DNA from: a virus
Virus record (IMG/VR): IMGVR_UViG_3300002835_000024
Strand: one strand, 5' to 3'
Length of the DNA: 64,000 bases
Shown here piece by piece: positions 1-8,579 of the stretch. The notes under the pieces are model-generated. The model worked only from the letters and a program-made list of their open reading frames with translations, was not told the DNA's origin and did no database searches. The translations under genes were made by a program, and so were the position numbers. Position 1 is the first letter of the stretch, and every line of letters begins with the position of its first letter.

Positions 1-4
1 CAAT

Positions 5-742
5 ATGAAAAAATCTTTAATTCTTGGTGTTACTTCTCTTGGTGGTGGTGTTAATAGCATCGGGCACCATTATTATGCCAATAAAATTAAAGAAATGGCT
101 GATAAGTCTGGATCTGATCACGTTGTTGTTGTTGGCCACGCTGTTGATGGTATTACAGCAGGAAAAAAAAGCGTTGTTGGTAAAATTTGGAAAAAAATTG
201 AAAAACCAAACCTAGCTAAAAGAAAAATAGAAGGCGCGCCAAAAATTCCAGAAAGTCCAATGCCAGCAGGCGAAAAAATAAAATTTGCCAAGGCGTTTTC
301 TCGAGGTGTTAATTGGGCTGAAACGACACCAGAACGCGGTCTTGGTGAAATTTTTAAAGATCATGCCGAAAAATATTCTAAGATTCATGTTCATGTAGAA
401 CCAGAACAAGCTAAACATTTAAGAGAAACTGTAAGACATATGGAAAATTCTGGCGAATTAACACCTGGTAAAGTTAAAATTCACGATTTTGGCAGAATTT
501 CAAATTCTTCTGGAGAACAGATAACAGGAACAGCTATGAGACATATGATAGTTGATGGAGAAAAAGAAAAATTTTTCTCACAACTTCCTCCCGCTCCCTC
601 TACTCATCCTCAAATACATCAACACCTCTGGAATAGTTTGAGATATTATATGGGAATTTCGAAAACTCGCCCACCATCGTTGTCTTCAGAATCAACCATA
701 ATGTCGTTCAAAAAATTTATCCAAGAAAACAGTAGTCTTTAA
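5..742 (+). CDS. Degenerate cytidylyltransferase-like (HIGH-superfamily) protein
   Basis: N-terminal ...NSIGHH (HIGH-like) and ITGTAMR (S-x-T/S-x-M-R-like) motifs resemble T4-like phage cytidyltransferases. The C-terminus carries MSFKKFIQE. Confidence 0.5.
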   Translation: MKKSLILGVTSLGGGVNSIGHHYYANKIKEMADKSGSDHVVVVGHAVDGITAGKKSVVGKIWKKIEKPNLAKRKIEGAPKIPESPMPAGEKIKFAKAFSRGVNWAETTPERGLGEIFKDHAEKYSKIHVHVEPEQAKHLRETVRHMENSGELTPGKVKIHDFGRISNSSGEQITGTAMRHMIVDGEKEKFFSQLPPAPSTHPQIHQHLWNSLRYYMGISKTRPPSLSSESTIMSFKKFIQENSSL

Positions 743-795
743 AACTCATTTTAACTAAATAGAATATTAAACAGATAAGCCCAAGGGAAACTCTG

Positions 796-2139
796 ATGAA
801 GAAAAAACAAGACCGCAGAACCGCTGTTTCTAGTAAAAGTGTAGAGGGCGTTCCCGAAGCTCCAAAAAAATTATCCGATAAAATTTGTGCTGTTAAAATA
901 ATGGATGAGAAAGAGCACATCCTCGAAAAATCAAAAGGCGATGAATACGAGTATGACTATGAGGGCGACATGGCGATGTCACAACTCAAGAGTATTATGA
1001 CAAACGCCAAATGTATCCACGATATGCTAGAACCAAACACCAATTTGCCAGAATGGGTTCAGTCTAAAATCACCCTCGCCAAAGATTACATCGAGACCGC
1101 TTGTGATTATCTGCAAACTCAGATGAAGGAAGAAACAGTACAAGAAGGAAGATCCCTGACTTTCCAACAAAGATTGGTCAGAGCTCGTCAAATGAAAAGA
1201 ATCGAACCAAAGGTCTATCGGGGACAACTGAGATATCAAGAAAGAGTGCCATCACAATCCAGGCTCGAAAAAAGAGCCGAAAGAATGGCCAGAAATTTAA
1301 TTAAACAAAAAATTTCCCACACACCATACGACCAGATGACAATACCAGAAAAAATAATGATAGACAAGATTTTGGAAAGAAAACAAAAAGCGATTAAAAG
1401 ACTCGCACAAAGACTTCTTCCCAAAGTCAGACAAATTTCTATTGAGCGACTTTCAGGTGTTGCAACTACCATACCAAAAATGCCTATGCAAAGGCTGGTA
1501 ATGGGAGAAGAAACTATTCCTTACTTGAGCGAAAGCGTCAATACAATCTATGCACTGGCATCAGGCGAAGAAACAAAGGCTGTGAAAGCTTTGAAAGAAA
1601 AAGCTGAGAAAGCAGGCGTTTCGTTCGAAGAAATCGTTGAGGTTTATTCAGAAGCTGTGCAGAAGTACACACCAAGAAAAATTTCTTCTGAACAATATGC
1701 CTTTAATGCCGTCAATTGTTTTGTTTCTAATAAACTAAATGAAGATTTTCGGAGGATGAGCGTAAATCAAATGTTTTCGGAGATGTTTGTGCATCCAGAC
1801 GCAGATAGAGCCATTGAAACAATTGGTGGCACTTTAGTTGGCGCAGCCAAAAGAAAAGCTCTTACACCAACAGTACTGGCAATGTTACAAGCCATGTCAA
1901 ATTCAAATAAACAAACAGATTTGATGGGTAATTTTAGCAGAAGGGCTGGCAAACGTATTGGCGAAAATACAGAGATTACAGAGACAGCAGCTGAACGACT
2001 TAAAAAATTTGGAGAACGGATTAAAACACAACCCACTCTTACAAAACAAAGCGGTGTTTTGGACAGTACCGAGGTTGAAATAGACGCTGCAGGAAAGAGA
2101 ACCAGAGAAAGATTAACCAAACTTAGAGGGAAACCTTAA
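796..2139 (+). CDS. Hypothetical late protein, probable internal head protein
   Basis: 447-aa ORF after CTAAATA. Contains a YEGDMAMSQL...LPEWVQSKITLA module of a kind seen in T4-like phage proteins, and several [IL]xE sites. Confidence 0.55.
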   Translation: MKKKQDRRTAVSSKSVEGVPEAPKKLSDKICAVKIMDEKEHILEKSKGDEYEYDYEGDMAMSQLKSIMTNAKCIHDMLEPNTNLPEWVQSKITLAKDYIETACDYLQTQMKEETVQEGRSLTFQQRLVRARQMKRIEPKVYRGQLRYQERVPSQSRLEKRAERMARNLIKQKISHTPYDQMTIPEKIMIDKILERKQKAIKRLAQRLLPKVRQISIERLSGVATTIPKMPMQRLVMGEETIPYLSESVNTIYALASGEETKAVKALKEKAEKAGVSFEEIVEVYSEAVQKYTPRKISSEQYAFNAVNCFVSNKLNEDFRRMSVNQMFSEMFVHPDADRAIETIGGTLVGAAKRKALTPTVLAMLQAMSNSNKQTDLMGNFSRRAGKRIGENTEITETAAERLKKFGERIKTQPTLTKQSGVLDSTEVEIDAAGKRTRERLTKLRGKP

Positions 2140-2192
2140 ACAGATACTCAAACAGATAAATAGATAAAACTACAACAAAAAGGAAGAAACAT

Positions 2193-3149
2193 ATGTGGGG
2201 TAACCGAGACGCTAAAACTGCTAATACTGGAACTATCCAGATTTATGCCAATGGATATTGTGTTGGTACAAGCACTCTGTTTCAGACTGAGGCTAAAGTC
2301 GGCGAGTACATTATAGCCGATTCCAAAAAATATCTAATTGTTCGAATCGATTCTAACACAGCTGCTCAGGTCCAAGCTTCTAACCTTGGTGCGGCAGTTG
2401 CAACAGTTGGTGCTTCAAACACCTACATTTTCCAGCAGGCTCCAGCTTATGTTGCGGCTACTGAGGTTAATGGAAACGCTCTTGAGGTTTATGGTATTGA
2501 TACAACCGAAGTTGGTGTGGCCAACGGATCTCTTATCTCTATCGCGGTAAATTTCCCAGGTTCTGGATACACAGCAAATGCTGCAGTGACTGTTGGTGGA
2601 AACGGAACAGCGAATGCCCAGGCCAACTCCACAGGCCGTATTGCTGCTGTTAACGTTGTCCTTTCCGGAAACTCATACACAACTCCTCCAGCAGTAACAA
2701 TCGCCGCTCCAGCAAAACAATCCTTTAACGCCAACTCTGCTGTTGCAACCAATGGATTTATTTCTATTGCAACAAACGTTCTGCAGGCCAATGATCTTGT
2801 TACCTACGAAGTCGCGGCTGGAAACACTGTTATTGCCGGACTGACAAATGGCGCTTCATATTATGTTGTGACGCCAAACTCAACAGGTGTATATCTTTCA
2901 AGTACAATCGGCGGTTCAGCCATCACTCTTACTAAAGGTTTGACCGAAACAGGACATACGCTTCAGGGTCAAACAGCCACTGCTCGGGCTCCTGTAATTT
3001 CTGGTCTTTCTGGTAAAGTCGCCCATGCTGGTTGGGTTCGTAGGGTTGTCGGAACAGGCAATCGCTCAGGAAGAATTCAGTATGAAACTCTAGTGGCTAT
3101 GGGCTCGATTGCAGGCGATGCTGAAGACGTAATCGCCAAAGACTCGTAA
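2193..3149 (+). CDS. Virion structural protein (fibre/decoration-like)
   Basis: GATAAATA promoter and AAGGA RBS. Rich in G/A/T/N, with PGSGY and HAGWV...GR...ETLVAM motifs typical of T4-like virion proteins. Confidence 0.7.
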   Translation: MWGNRDAKTANTGTIQIYANGYCVGTSTLFQTEAKVGEYIIADSKKYLIVRIDSNTAAQVQASNLGAAVATVGASNTYIFQQAPAYVAATEVNGNALEVYGIDTTEVGVANGSLISIAVNFPGSGYTANAAVTVGGNGTANAQANSTGRIAAVNVVLSGNSYTTPPAVTIAAPAKQSFNANSAVATNGFISIATNVLQANDLVTYEVAAGNTVIAGLTNGASYYVVTPNSTGVYLSSTIGGSAITLTKGLTETGHTLQGQTATARAPVISGLSGKVAHAGWVRRVVGTGNRSGRIQYETLVAMGSIAGDAEDVIAKDS

Positions 3150-3173
3150 CTGATGTTTTCTTTGTTGTAGTAG

Positions 3174-3203
3174 ATGGTGGGCTATCGAAAGATGGCCCAT
3201 CAT
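3174..3203 (+). terminator. Stem-loop (GAAA tetraloop), probable terminator or processing hairpin
   Basis: ATGGTGGGCTATC-GAAA-GATGGCCCATCAT. Confidence 0.6.
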
Positions 3204-3211
3204 TATAAATA
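3204..3211 (+). promoter_or_regulatory. T4-type late promoter
   Basis: Exact TATAAATA upstream of a small ORF. Confidence 0.75.
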
Positions 3212-3224
3212 AATGGAAAATAAG

Positions 3225-3377
3225 ATGTTAGAGAAAATTAAACAGATCATAGCAGAACAAAAGAAAATTCCCGAGCGGGCCTTGCATAAAACTCCTCTTG
3301 AAACTCTTTTTCATTTATTAAATGTTAGAAAGAAAAAAGGCGAAGAGACTGGTACAAAAGAAATAGGAAGATTGTAA
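3225..3377 (+). CDS. Small protein with capsid-targeting-like N-terminus (not in ORF track)
   Basis: MLEKIKQIIAEQKK..., 50 aa, directly after a late promoter. An in-frame ATG also lies at 3213. Confidence 0.6.
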   Translation: MLEKIKQIIAEQKKIPERALHKTPLETLFHLLNVRKKKGEETGTKEIGRL

Positions 3378-3378
3378 A

Positions 3379-3636
3379 TTGCTAAACAAAATCAAAAAGA
3401 TTATTTTCAGCGAAGCCGATGTTATACCTTTTCCCAAAGGCGAGCCTCTGAAAGTCGGAGATGTTGTGACTCATCCAGAACATCCAGACAAAAAATTTAA
3501 AATATATTCTCTTCCAATTGGAAAGGGTTACACCTCAAAAACTGCTGTAATAAAGCCAGCTGATTCTGAAAAGAATGATGTAAGTGGGATGATGAACGTC
3601 AAGGATCCCAGTATTTTAAAAAGGTCACAAAATTAA
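3379..3636 (+). CDS. Small hypothetical protein, capsid-targeting-like N-terminus
   Basis: TTG start; MLNKIKKIIFSE. Confidence 0.55.
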   Translation: MLNKIKKIIFSEADVIPFPKGEPLKVGDVVTHPEHPDKKFKIYSLPIGKGYTSKTAVIKPADSEKNDVSGMMNVKDPSILKRSQN

Positions 3637-3639
3637 TAG

Positions 3640-3993
3640 ATGTTTGATGTACTGAATGATTCAAACTTTATTATTTTCGCTGCGAAACATTATGATAATC
3701 CACAATGTACCAGCACCAGCGAATTTTTAAACGATTTGAATCGTTTCAAGTATATAAAAAAGCTTCTAACCAAATACCACAATACTGGCGAACTGAAAGA
3801 AAGGCTTATACTCAACCATCTGATTATCTTGTATAATTGTTTTGACAAAGAAACCACAAGAATGTTGCTGGTAAAGATGCCAGAATATCAACAGTATTTA
3901 ATCCCCTTTATTTCTTATTTGAATCGTTTGCCAGAAAAGTTATCTGGAGTTTTATGTGACGACAAAATAGAAAAAATATTGACAAATTTGTAA
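3640..3993 (+). CDS. Conserved T4-like phage hypothetical protein
   Basis: YDNPQC...EF..DL.RFKYIK.LL...GELKERLILNH.I.LYN pattern familiar from cyanophage-type T4-like genomes. Confidence 0.7.
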   Translation: MFDVLNDSNFIIFAAKHYDNPQCTSTSEFLNDLNRFKYIKKLLTKYHNTGELKERLILNHLIILYNCFDKETTRMLLVKMPEYQQYLIPFISYLNRLPEKLSGVLCDDKIEKILTNL

Positions 3994-4053
3994 CAAGAAT
4001 TAATTTCAGCTAAATATATTAGCAGAGTTGTTGCGAGAAAAGAGAGAAACGGT

Positions 4054-4311
4054 ATGAAAACGTTTAAACAATTCGTGGAAGAATTAGCCGAATCAGTTCC
4101 TGCTAATTCTTCAGGAGCAACTAATTCTCAAACAGGAGATTTAAATGTTAATAGAGTGGATCCTCCTCTTGGCAGATTATCAATGATGAGCCGTCATATT
4201 ATGCAATTGATTAAATCGTTTAAAATGGCAAAAAGGCCAGATACTTATGGTCACCCCGAAGCATCAAAAAAAGGCGGAGACTCATCAGTAAACGTTCCTG
4301 GTCTTCCATAA
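4054..4311 (+). CDS. Probable internal head protein
   Basis: MKTFKQFVEE closely matches the T4 internal-protein capsid-targeting sequence MKTYQEFIAE. Confidence 0.6.
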   Translation: MKTFKQFVEELAESVPANSSGATNSQTGDLNVNRVDPPLGRLSMMSRHIMQLIKSFKMAKRPDTYGHPEASKKGGDSSVNVPGLP

Positions 4312-4782
4312 ATGAAAAATATCTGGACATATGTCATAGTTTTTGTTTTTCTGGCTGGCTTGGGAACAGCTTTCTATTTCTATTACCAAGATTCACAGAA
4401 AAAGATGTTTAAAATGGCCAGTGACATTAGCACTCTACAAATATCAAACGAAATGCAATCTAAAACAATTGACGTTTTGGTGGCCGACTCTAAACTAATG
4501 AAAACTATCTCTGAAAAAATACAAGAGGCACAAAAAACCTCACAGAAAGCTGTCAGTGATCTGGCTAATACATTCAGAAAAATGACTCTGGATGGACAAA
4601 GAGATATCGGAAATCTTGCCCAGGCTAGACCCGATTCAATTGAAAGAATAGTTAATAACGGAACCAAGAAAGTGTTCCGTTGTATGGAAATATCAACAGG
4701 AAACCCTCTAACCGAAGAAGAAAGAAAAGAGTATGACGAGACTGGCAAGTTGCGCGACTGCCCTGGCACTGTTCTTCCTTAG
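4312..4782 (+). CDS. Inner-membrane spanin (Rz-like)
   Basis: N-terminal TM helix, coiled-coil body and C-terminal Cys residues; overlaps a downstream lipoprotein gene. Confidence 0.7.
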   Translation: MKNIWTYVIVFVFLAGLGTAFYFYYQDSQKKMFKMASDISTLQISNEMQSKTIDVLVADSKLMKTISEKIQEAQKTSQKAVSDLANTFRKMTLDGQRDIGNLAQARPDSIERIVNNGTKKVFRCMEISTGNPLTEEERKEYDETGKLRDCPGTVLP

Positions 4783-5095
4783 CGGTTGCCAGACTCCAAA
4801 GACAGATATTGAAGTAATACCAGTAGATAAACCCGATTTGGTATTACCGCAGCCAGATTATGTCTCAATGAGAGACATTAAATGGTATATCGTCACTGAA
4901 CAAAATTTCACTGAGGTTATGGAAAAACTAAAATCCCAAAACATAAATCCTGTTTTGTTCGCTTTAACCGATGATGGTTACGAAGCTCTCAGCTTAAACT
5001 TTGCTGACATTAAAAAATATATAGATGATAAAAATAGCGTTTATCTAGGGTTTAAAGAATACTATGAGGGAGGGAAAGATGGAAAAGGAGAATAA
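4733..5095 (+). CDS. Outer-membrane spanin lipoprotein (Rz1-like)
   Basis: Lipobox LSGC, Pro-rich segment, overlaps the 3' end of the i-spanin. Confidence 0.7.
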   Translation: MTRLASCATALALFFLSGCQTPKTDIEVIPVDKPDLVLPQPDYVSMRDIKWYIVTEQNFTEVMEKLKSQNINPVLFALTDDGYEALSLNFADIKKYIDDKNSVYLGFKEYYEGGKDGKGE

Positions 5096-5288
5096 ACCAG
5101 ATTCCGTAAGAAGCACCCTCGTAACTCTGATTGGTAATCTTCTTGCAAAATACAAAACTAGCAAAAAAGATAACACAAAAGAAATTCTCATGCTTGTGGC
5201 GGCGTTAAGTATTATTAATGCAGGAACTGAAGACGATAATAAACAATCACTAGCAGTTGCTAGAAGACTCATCAGCGGAGCAAAATGA
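5079..5288 (+). CDS. Small hypothetical protein
   Basis: ORF coupled to its neighbours; ATG at 5079 follows a GGAGG-like RBS. Confidence 0.5.
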   Translation: MEKENKPDSVRSTLVTLIGNLLAKYKTSKKDNTKEILMLVAALSIINAGTEDDNKQSLAVARRLISGAK

Positions 5289-5638
5289 TGTTTTATAACG
5301 TAAGCTTTGAGATGTGCCTTTGGTTTTTATCTATGTTGGCTGTTTCTTGGTCGTCCTGGTCGTTTTCTAAGAAACTATCTTCTTATGATCCGCAACGAGC
5401 GGCCATCCCCAAAGTAAATTCTATTGTTGGGTCTAGACTTTTTTGCATCATATCATTAAATTATCTTGTTGTCGCTCTAGGAAGCGTTGTTATGTATCTT
5501 ACGTCCGCTCCACAAGTAACGCAACAGATCTTTCAGACGCTGGAAACTTGGTGGTTGATAGAAATATTTTTATTTTTCAATATTATTACATTTTATTCGA
5601 TCTGGGCGGCTAAGAGCAAAATTCTTGTAAATATATAA
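5285..5638 (+). CDS. Three-TM membrane protein (holin/antiholin candidate)
   Basis: Three hydrophobic segments; located beside the spanins. Confidence 0.5.
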   Translation: MMFYNVSFEMCLWFLSMLAVSWSSWSFSKKLSSYDPQRAAIPKVNSIVGSRLFCIISLNYLVVALGSVVMYLTSAPQVTQQIFQTLETWWLIEIFLFFNIITFYSIWAAKSKILVNI

Positions 5639-5669
5639 TAAAAGTAAGTAGCCTCTTAGGAAAACAGAA

Positions 5670-6302
5670 ATGACGCTGGATCAGATCATTACGCAAGTGC
5701 TTTCTATTGCTACTCCGATATCTGCCGCCCTCGTTTATATTATTAACGAAAGGCAAAAAGCCAAAAGACAGAAAAAACAAGACGAGATAGACGAGGCTGA
5801 GAGGGAGAGGTCTTATTCAGAAAGAGTCTCCAATCGTCTGAAAACAGCCGAAGAAACTATCGAAAGATTGACCAGAGAACTGACTGAGGAGAGACTCGGC
5901 CAAAACAAACATGTCATACCCTCAGATATCTTAAGAGATTTTATTGATTCAGATCCTGGCATTTCTTGGGTTAAAAGAAGAATGGCAGAAAACGAATATG
6001 TTATGATAAGATGCTCAAAGGGACACGCCAAAGAAATATTGCAGGGCCCAGCCAGTTTGTATGATGGGAAAACCGATGAAGAAATTTGGGATAAAGAAAC
6101 AGCAGCTGTTTTTACTCAGAACGACGAGAAGGTTTACAAACAACAAGAAGGTATTCATTTAACGGAAAAAACACCAAAAGGCATTTTTGTGGGAAGAAAG
6201 TTTCCAATTAGATTACCTGATGGAGTTGATTATATTGTTGGCATCGGTATTTTTGAGAAAACTTCCGAAAATAGCTTGTCTAAACTGATAGAAGAAGTAT
6301 AA
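5670..6302 (+). CDS. TM + coiled-coil + PAS-domain protein (holin-like candidate)
   Basis: N-terminal TM, charged coiled coil, then a PAS_4-like pattern FIDSDPGISWVK...GKTDEEIW..E.A..F..ND..V...RKFPI...IVGIG. Confidence 0.6.
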   Translation: MTLDQIITQVLSIATPISAALVYIINERQKAKRQKKQDEIDEAERERSYSERVSNRLKTAEETIERLTRELTEERLGQNKHVIPSDILRDFIDSDPGISWVKRRMAENEYVMIRCSKGHAKEILQGPASLYDGKTDEEIWDKETAAVFTQNDEKVYKQQEGIHLTEKTPKGIFVGRKFPIRLPDGVDYIVGIGIFEKTSENSLSKLIEEV

Positions 6303-6303
6303 T
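6276..6303 (+). promoter_or_regulatory. Sigma70-type promoter for the primase operon
   Basis: TTGTCT-N16-TATAAT. Confidence 0.5.
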
Positions 6304-6347
6304 CAGTAATGCACTGATTAATATTCAACCTCTATGAGTGGTGACCT

Positions 6348-7430
6348 ATGGAATGGCTTGAGCGAAAATACATCTTTCTAATATCTTCTAAACTTCCCCG
6401 ATTTAAATCAAAATCAAAATCTATCTTTAATTTTCGTTGTGTCTTGTGTGAGGATTCTCAGAAGAAATCTACCAAGGCTCGTGGATATCTTTACCCCAAA
6501 AAAGGTTCATATCGGTATCATTGTCATAATTGCATGACATCGATGTATTTTTCTAACTTTCTTAAAAAGTTCGATAACACCACATATTATCAGTTTATCA
6601 AAGAGAAATTGCAAAACAGCAATAAGGTCGAAAAGACAGACGTTGAGTTATTCGCTGATAAAATGAAGAAGCCTAAATTCGTCAAGGCTACCATTCTTAA
6701 TCAGATTCCAAAGATATCTTCTCTGCCCCACGATCATCCCGCAAAACAATATATCGAGAATAGAAAGATACCGCCGAATCAGCATTATCGAATTTATTAC
6801 GCCGAGAAGTTTAAAGAGCTCGTCAATAAATTTGTTCCTGGTAAACTTACCGATGATTGCCCTGAGGAACCGAGGATAATTATACCTTTTATAGATAAGA
6901 ATAAGATCCTTGTTGGCTTTCAGGGAAGATCCCTCGATCCGAAAAGCAAGCTTCGTTATATTACCATTATGCTTTTTGATGAAGCTCCAAAAATTTGGGG
7001 TATGGAAACTGTTGATACCTCATCGACTGTCTATCTGACAGAGGGGCCATTCGATGCAATGTTTTTGCCAAACGCTATCGCTGCAGCAGGAGGCAATCTA
7101 ACTTCAATAATTAACTTGACTGGAATCGACAAAAGTAGTATGGTAGTCATATATGATAACGAACCCAGAAATAAACAGATAGTCAAACAGATTAAATCTG
7201 CTATTGATAAAGGTTTCAGTGTTGTTATCTGGCCACCATCAATACAACAAAAAGATATAAACGAGATGTTTCTTTCTGGACTCTCTCAGGAACAAATACT
7301 TAAAACCATTAAAGCCAATACCTTTCAGGGACTCAATGCCCTTTTGGTCTTAAATCAAAGAAAAATGTGTGACATAGAAGAAAGAAAAACAAAAAATGAC
7401 TTCAGAAGCAATTTTCAACAGGCACGATGA
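6348..7430 (+). CDS. gp61: DNA primase (T4 gp61)
   Basis: Zn finger CVLC...CHNC, GFQGRSL, TOPRIM motifs EGPFD and DNEPRN, KDINEM. Confidence 0.95.
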   Translation: MEWLERKYIFLISSKLPRFKSKSKSIFNFRCVLCEDSQKKSTKARGYLYPKKGSYRYHCHNCMTSMYFSNFLKKFDNTTYYQFIKEKLQNSNKVEKTDVELFADKMKKPKFVKATILNQIPKISSLPHDHPAKQYIENRKIPPNQHYRIYYAEKFKELVNKFVPGKLTDDCPEEPRIIIPFIDKNKILVGFQGRSLDPKSKLRYITIMLFDEAPKIWGMETVDTSSTVYLTEGPFDAMFLPNAIAAAGGNLTSIINLTGIDKSSMVVIYDNEPRNKQIVKQIKSAIDKGFSVVIWPPSIQQKDINEMFLSGLSQEQILKTIKANTFQGLNALLVLNQRKMCDIEERKTKNDFRSNFQQAR

Positions 7431-8361
7431 GGTTTATCATAATCTCTTAAAAGACGTGCTATCCAGAGGACAACTCCGCAAGAATCGCACGGGCGTTGAT
7501 ACTCTTAGTGTGTTTGGTGGGCAAATAGAGTTTGATATTAAACAAACCTTTCCTGCTCTTACAACTAAAAGGATGGCATGGAGAGCAATAGTTTCTGAGC
7601 TTCTTTGGTTTCTAACAGGAGAAGCCGATGAAAGATTTCTTGCTTATATGGTCCATAAAAACGGCAAGAATCCGTTTGAATATTATAAAGCCGATTATGA
7701 CTCGGTTGAAGAGGAAGAAGATCGATTTGTTAAAAGCTTTGAAACCCACAAAACCATATGGACTGAAAACGTCCAGTCTAATTATTGGGTAAACAGAAAT
7801 AAACAGCTGTTTGTTGGAGACGCTGGTAGAATTTATGGAGTTCAGTGGCGAAATTGGAAAACGCCTGACGGCAGAGCAGTCGATCAGGTAAGCAATCTGA
7901 TTGATGGTCTTATTAAAGACCCAATGGGTCGAAGGCATATTGTCACTGCTTGGAATCCAGGAGAGTTAGATGATATGTGTCTGCCTCCCTGTCATATCTT
8001 CGCCCAGTTTAATGTTACAAATGATGGTTATCTCGAATGCCACATGTATCAGCGATCCGTTGATACTTTTCTAGGCTTGCCTTTTAATATCGCCAGTTAT
8101 TCTCTTCTAACATACATTATCGCCCAGTTGAGTAATCTGAAACCAGGCCGACTGATTATGTCTTTTGGAGATATCCATATCTATAAAAATCATACGGATC
8201 AGGTAATGTTGCAGTTGCAAAGAGAATCTCGTCAGGAACCGACACTTTCTATACCTGACCTGAGACAACTTCCCCTATCTTTTTTCCACGAACTGATAGA
8301 CGAATTTAAACTAAACAACTACAATCCACATCCAGCAATCAAAGCCCCAATGGCAGTATAG
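7396..8361 (+). CDS. td: Thymidylate synthase
   Basis: RTGV.T, ELLWF, catalytic LPPCH, YQRSVD.FLGLPFNIASY, HIY.NH, C-terminal IKAPMAV. Confidence 0.97.
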   Translation: MTSEAIFNRHDEVYHNLLKDVLSRGQLRKNRTGVDTLSVFGGQIEFDIKQTFPALTTKRMAWRAIVSELLWFLTGEADERFLAYMVHKNGKNPFEYYKADYDSVEEEEDRFVKSFETHKTIWTENVQSNYWVNRNKQLFVGDAGRIYGVQWRNWKTPDGRAVDQVSNLIDGLIKDPMGRRHIVTAWNPGELDDMCLPPCHIFAQFNVTNDGYLECHMYQRSVDTFLGLPFNIASYSLLTYIIAQLSNLKPGRLIMSFGDIHIYKNHTDQVMLQLQRESRQEPTLSIPDLRQLPLSFFHELIDEFKLNNYNPHPAIKAPMAV

Positions 8362-8370
8362 GAGAAAATT

Positions 8371-8502
8371 ATGTATAACTTTAATTTTGACTACGAACCT
8401 TCGATGGAAGACGATTATCGTTTCTATAAAGCGGGTGATTCTTCTCCCTCAGACAGAACAGTTTCGTTCCTGTATTTCTGTTGTTGCGTTCCCGTAAATT
8501 AA
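8371..8502 (+). CDS. 43-aa small ORF (not in ORF track)
   Basis: GGAG RBS; MYNFNFDYEPSMEDDYRF...FLYFCCCVPVN. Confidence 0.4.
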   Translation: MYNFNFDYEPSMEDDYRFYKAGDSSPSDRTVSFLYFCCCVPVN

Positions 8503-8579
8503 GTATTTTTAATGACCGTTAATTCAACGTTTACAAAACTAAATATGAATTCCCAGCAATCTCAACAAAGGTGTGTGTT

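Noticed and set aside
780-860. CTGATGA as a hammerhead ribozyme core
   Set aside because: No stem II/GAAA arrangement could be built, and it coincides with a start codon.
7396-8361. dCMP hydroxymethylase or intron-containing td
   Set aside because: Retains the dUMP-specific Asn (GLPFN) and the reading frame is continuous. No intron or intein is evident in td or nrdJ.
8362-8579. Cobalamin riboswitch upstream of nrdJ
   Set aside because: No B12-box or GGGAA/GCCACTG-type consensus is visible.
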